From Amphiscolops sp. MND2022 (taxonomy: Eukaryota), in the NCBI GenBank assembly GCA_964187785.1, contig OZ076420.1, forward strand, positions 35,402,001 to 35,466,000: 64,000 bases of DNA, given 5' to 3'. Of the stretch, positions 59,701 through 64,000 are shown in pieces (position 1 is the first letter of the stretch; each line of letters starts with the position of its first letter). The notes under the pieces are model-generated. The model saw only the letters and a program-made list of their open reading frames with translations, was not told the origin of the DNA and made no database searches. The position numbers and the translations under genes are program-made.

Positions 59701-62700
59701 TACTTTTTGAAACTTCCTTCATACGATCAAACCTGATGATCGATCTTTATTCTGAATAAATTATCATAAATACACGTTGGTATTTATATGAGCTGGATCA
59801 ACGGTTTACGCAGAAAAAAATTAACAGTTTTCGCTTATTTTCACCACAACGCTCAATGAGCTGTGTTTAGCATTGACAGCGTTTACAATAAAACATTGAT
59901 CATTAGGCTTTGGAATCAAAATTTATGGGAATGTTTTAACATTACGAGTTGTTATGGGAAAAGCCAATCTTAGGCAGTATGCCCAATCCCAGTATGCATC
60001 AGAAATTTTGTGAATTATTCCTGAAATATTTTAGCAACTCAAATGAAAGAATGAAACCAGTAAACTTATGCCGACGAAAAGGTTCGATAAATTGTTCAGT
60101 TACAGAGTGTATTGTTTATCTAATTTTTTTTCTAAAATACCAAAGTTTTGACATAAATGTACTTTCCCATTTACATACAACCATGGAATCAAAATAATTT
60201 AATTTCGTCTTCGTCTTAGTTTAATTTCGCATGGCAAAAATTGTATTTAAAAGTGTGAAAAAAAAGTGTCGAAAAGTGAAAAGCAACCGATGATTTTGTT
60301 CATTTTAAACTCGCCTCTTGGTTCTTTTTGCCACTCACCGACTTTTAAGATGGCTTATCTAAACAACGTTTGCTCGACTCGCTTTTGCATTATTTTTTTC
60401 AAATCACAAGAATTTGATAAGTTGATCATTCAATACAACAAGAGTTGGTAAACAACTCATTAAGTTTGGTGCTCAGGCCATAAAAGTTAATTAGTTGATG
60501 AAATTTAACTTTCAATTAAACCATGGCAAGTTCTCCTTTTAGTTTTTTTTGCCGCAAACTTGTTTATTGAACTTTTCGGGTGGTTTTCTAATTGAATTTT
60601 CATCAAGTTCAAAGGACTTTTTAAGAATAATTTGAGTAGATTTGTAAAATTGAGGTAATAAAACGATTTTACCGGTATCATTTTCTATCAGCAATACCTC
60701 CCTCGACTCATTTAGTGGTCATAAAAATTTCAGTTTTCTTTAAAAAAATTCATGTCCCAAAAGTCAGTCATGTTACTATGAAAACCACTTTGGAATGGTT
60801 GTTATGTACAGAACGGTGATTAAGAAATGGTCCGTCCGAAAACCAATTTCAGGCTTAAAACCATGAACAAGTTAACGACGCTCAGTTCACAGAGGGACGA
60901 ATTTTATATCACAATACTGTATTTTCAAAATGGGAGTTTCGATGATCTAAGTGAATCCTATTAAAAAAACCAATGAACAAGTGAAGCGAAGGCTCAAAAA
61001 AGTAGGAAAACGAAACAAAAACGGTCAGTTGAAAAATCTTTTTTCCCGAAATAGGTTTAATGGCACTTTTTACGCTATTGGGAAGTTGGTCAATGTATAT
61101 CCTTCTCTCTAGCACCTCTGTATTTGTTGAAGTGTAAAATATAAACTTATTTTTACAAATATATAATTCATACGTTTCTCCCACTGTTGCCAAACTACTG
61201 GCCGTTGTTCACAACAGGAATTATATTTTCACACATTTCGGACTATAATGAAGTTATCAAAAATTCAGCGAAGTCAAATAGATTGTAAGTTCTGAGACCA
61301 GGTACAATAATACCCGGCTCCTGGATAAGTTTTCACACCTGGAACTGTGATTATAAGTAATTTCACGGGGGATTTCCCAGATTTTGACTGAGTTTCCATG
61401 GTGCTCGAGTTTATGAGCAGACTGAATTTACTTTTATTTGATTTGCAAACACTATTTAAGCATTTTTATAAATAAGTTACTAAAATTTAATGGTTCTTGT
61501 TATTTTCCGCCCATATTTCATATGGGAAAGGAAAATATTTAAATCAAACGGGTTTTTTTTTTTTTTTTTTACAAAATTTGCCAAGATTTTATTTATATTT
61601 AAATTTAAGGGTGTTACCCATAGAATTCAACCCACATAAATTTAGCTTCGTGCGATATGTATTTGTAGAGATTTTTGAAGTTTTTTTTAAAAATGACGAA
61701 AATGACGAAAATGACCCCTTAATGACAAAATTTTTGCCATTTTTTGAGACACCGCGAATTAGAAAAATGGACAAGATGAATCGAAGCTTTCTTTTCTTCG
61801 AACTTCTCAGCGTTTTTATAGTGCATTAGTTATTCTTGAGCCTCAAATTTATGTAGTTGTAGAACAGTTCGGGGCGGAAAATATCCCGCTCCTCAGCGGG
61901 CGTCTTGTTCTAAAATTTTAAAAGTTTTTTTGCAAAAATGTTTAAGCGAAAATTCAAGCACTTGATTGCTCTTATATGTGCGTTTATTATCCTTAAGTTG
62001 GCCAGGAAAAATTTTGTTCCATCCAAAAATCAGATGCTTCAACTTTAAACCGCAATATCTCCTGAACTATACAAGTCCGACAAACGATTTATACAGCGTT
62101 CAAAAGAGGAGCATTGGGGCTTTCAAATCAATTTTTAAACTGCTGGGCTTGGGGCACGCTAGCTCGGGCCCCTTGCGCGCAATGTTTTTTGCGCGAAGTT
62201 CTCCGCTGGCGTGCGGCTTCGCCGCACTGGCTCCGAACTTTGCGCCAAAACTTTGCACGCGTCGTGTCTCTGCTTGCTTTCCAGCATGTTTCAAAACATG
62301 CTTGGGCCGCTTTGACCCAATGTTGATACCCGGTATGTGATACCTGGGCCAGTGGGATAAAAGGGGCACAAACGAAAACTGGGAAAACGGAAAGTCTGCA
62401 CTTATTTTTCTTTTGATTTTTTCGCCTCATTTTCTGGATTTTGGAGACATCACGTCAATTTTCCGTGAAAAGGCGCCGAATGCTATGCAATATTGTCTGA
62501 AACTCTTATTAAAGGGTTTGCTTTACCATACAATCAGCTGGTGCGTTAAGAATTTGCAGAAACTAAATGTGCCAAATTTGGCACATTGGCCAAGTTAAGG
62601 TTAAGTAAAAATTAGGGCTGTAATTGTCATGAAAAACCGTTGTAAATTCACTCATAAACATACATCATATTTTTAATATATATTATTTAATCGATTATCT

Positions 62701-63173
62701 GTGAATCAATTCAACTTTTCCGCGGAATCAAAAACTCAGATTGTTAAACTATGGAAAATCGTTTCGAAAAACGGATAAACATGATTGGAAAAGCTTTTAA
62801 AAATTTCAATTTGGGCAACATTTCAGCTTTGGTAGGTAATTTACTTGGTTTTCCTTTTTATTTTTAAAAAATTAGTAATTTCATTGAAGCTGACGAGTAG
62901 TAACGACTCTAACAAAGCATCAAAAACTGTGATGGGCCCAGATCATAATATTCTTGTTAATCCGGGTTATAACTTCATCAGGGACAGTCGATTTTCAATA
63001 ACCATTTTAATATCCATCATAACCCCGTATTTGTATCACAGATAAATAAAAAACGTTAGCAAAAATAGAGATTGTCGAAGTTCATTGTAGCGAAAACGTT
63101 CGTAACATGTGGCAATATCCACTAAAAGCGGTTGTGAATATGATGTAATAATGACGTCATTTTGGTGTTTCAG

Positions 63174-63361
63174 ACGATGGTGGGTTCAAGGCCACCTCGA
63201 CTGCGTGTGGTCAACAGGTGTGCAGGGCCACTTTGCATGGTACTGACAATCAGAGCTGTGCTGTGCTCGTCAAGTCCATTCATGATTCAGACTCAGAGAG
63301 TGTGCGTAGCACCTGTATAGAAGCCGCAATCATGGCACAATTCAATCACCCCAATGTCCAG
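63174..63361 (+). CDS. Eph: Eph receptor exon (kinase subdomains I-IV)
   Basis: GTGTTTCAG| ... CAG|GTAAAT, phase 1 to 0; QVCRATL...AVLVKSI...EAAIMAQFNHPNVQ matches EVC.G.L...VAIKTL...EASIMGQFDHPNI. Confidence 0.92.
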
Positions 63362-63700
63362 GTAAATTTCCATCAATTTTTTTCTCTGAAAATGTAATCC
63401 TTCGAAGTTTTCCGGATTAATATTTTTGACATTTTTTTTTGGCTAAACTTCTAAATTTTGCCGAGAGAATTTGCTAAACTAGACAACCAACCAAATAACC
63501 ATTAGCGGTACATAATTTCAATTAGAAAATGTTCACTAGCCGCAGATCGAACTTTTTTTGCAATTCTTCATAGTGATCGCAACACTTCCTTCAAAAAAGG
63601 AAAAACACGATACTTTCATTTTTGCTAACTTTCCAAGTTATTTCTTTTTTTTTTATGTTTTAAAAAAGCGTCTAAAATTTAGAAAAAACCGTGGTTTTAG

Positions 63701-63886
63701 ATGCTACATGGCACTGTGGTCCAGAGCACGGAGCTGATGATCTGTGTGGAGTACGCTTCCCAGGGTCCCCTCAACAACCTGCTGCGGGATAACCCCACCC
63801 ACTTTTCCCTCATGCAACTCGTACATGTGCTGAGGGGCATCGCATGTGGCATGCAGTACTTGTCCGAACTGGGATTTGTTCACAAG
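63701..63886 (+). CDS. Eph: Eph receptor exon (kinase subdomains IV-VIa); gene continues beyond the window
   Basis: GGTTTTAG| ... AAG|GTAAAC, phase 0 to 0; LHGTV...MICVEY..QGPLNNLLR...FSLMQLVHVLRGIACGMQYLSELGFVHK is the Eph-specific F...QLV..LRGIA.GM.YL..VH motif. Confidence 0.95.
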
Positions 63887-64000
63887 GTAAACACGCCAAT
63901 CATTTTTTCCCATGCTATTATTTCATGTTAGGGTTCTCCAAATGGCTCTTTTTTTACCTCAAAATGTCAAGTCAAACATCTTGACTCGATACTTTCTGGC

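Overview
AT-rich animal genomic DNA with spliceosomal introns, rich in transposon debris, with one N-gap (2976-3148). The species cannot be determined from the sequence. No rRNA, tRNA or CRISPR array was found. There are three zones. (1) 1-12.7 kb: a decayed CR1/L2-group LINE, a hAT transposase fragment, a small FLYWCH-like zinc-finger gene (minus strand) and, divergently oriented, an apparently intact 4-exon gene of about 1,020 aa. That gene fuses a SUV4-20-type SET histone methyltransferase domain, two zinc-finger-like motifs, a tyrosine recombinase with its R-K-(N/S)xxR-H-Y catalytic residues, and a C-terminal helix-turn-helix. It is surrounded by a recurring 20-bp motif in both orientations and by several tandem arrays. 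I read this as a candidate Crypton-like mobile element carrying its own chromatin writer, and it is the most interesting feature here. (2) About 13-28 kb: a pile of decayed Ty3/gypsy and BEL/Pao LTR retroelement fragments and Helentron/DINE-like repeats. (3) About 32.7-64 kb: a plus-strand Eph receptor gene. I could assemble 12 phase-compatible exons by hand (ligand-binding domain, Cys-rich region, 2 FN3, TM, juxtamembrane, kinase N-lobe); it runs off the window end and its signal-peptide exon was not found. This Eph has lost both juxtamembrane tyrosines (F and C instead), has a broken Gly-rich loop and HK in place of HR, which suggests a pseudokinase. Its introns hold a LINE fragment and several MITEs with clear target-site duplications. 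All protein assignments come from motif recognition by eye; no database search was run.
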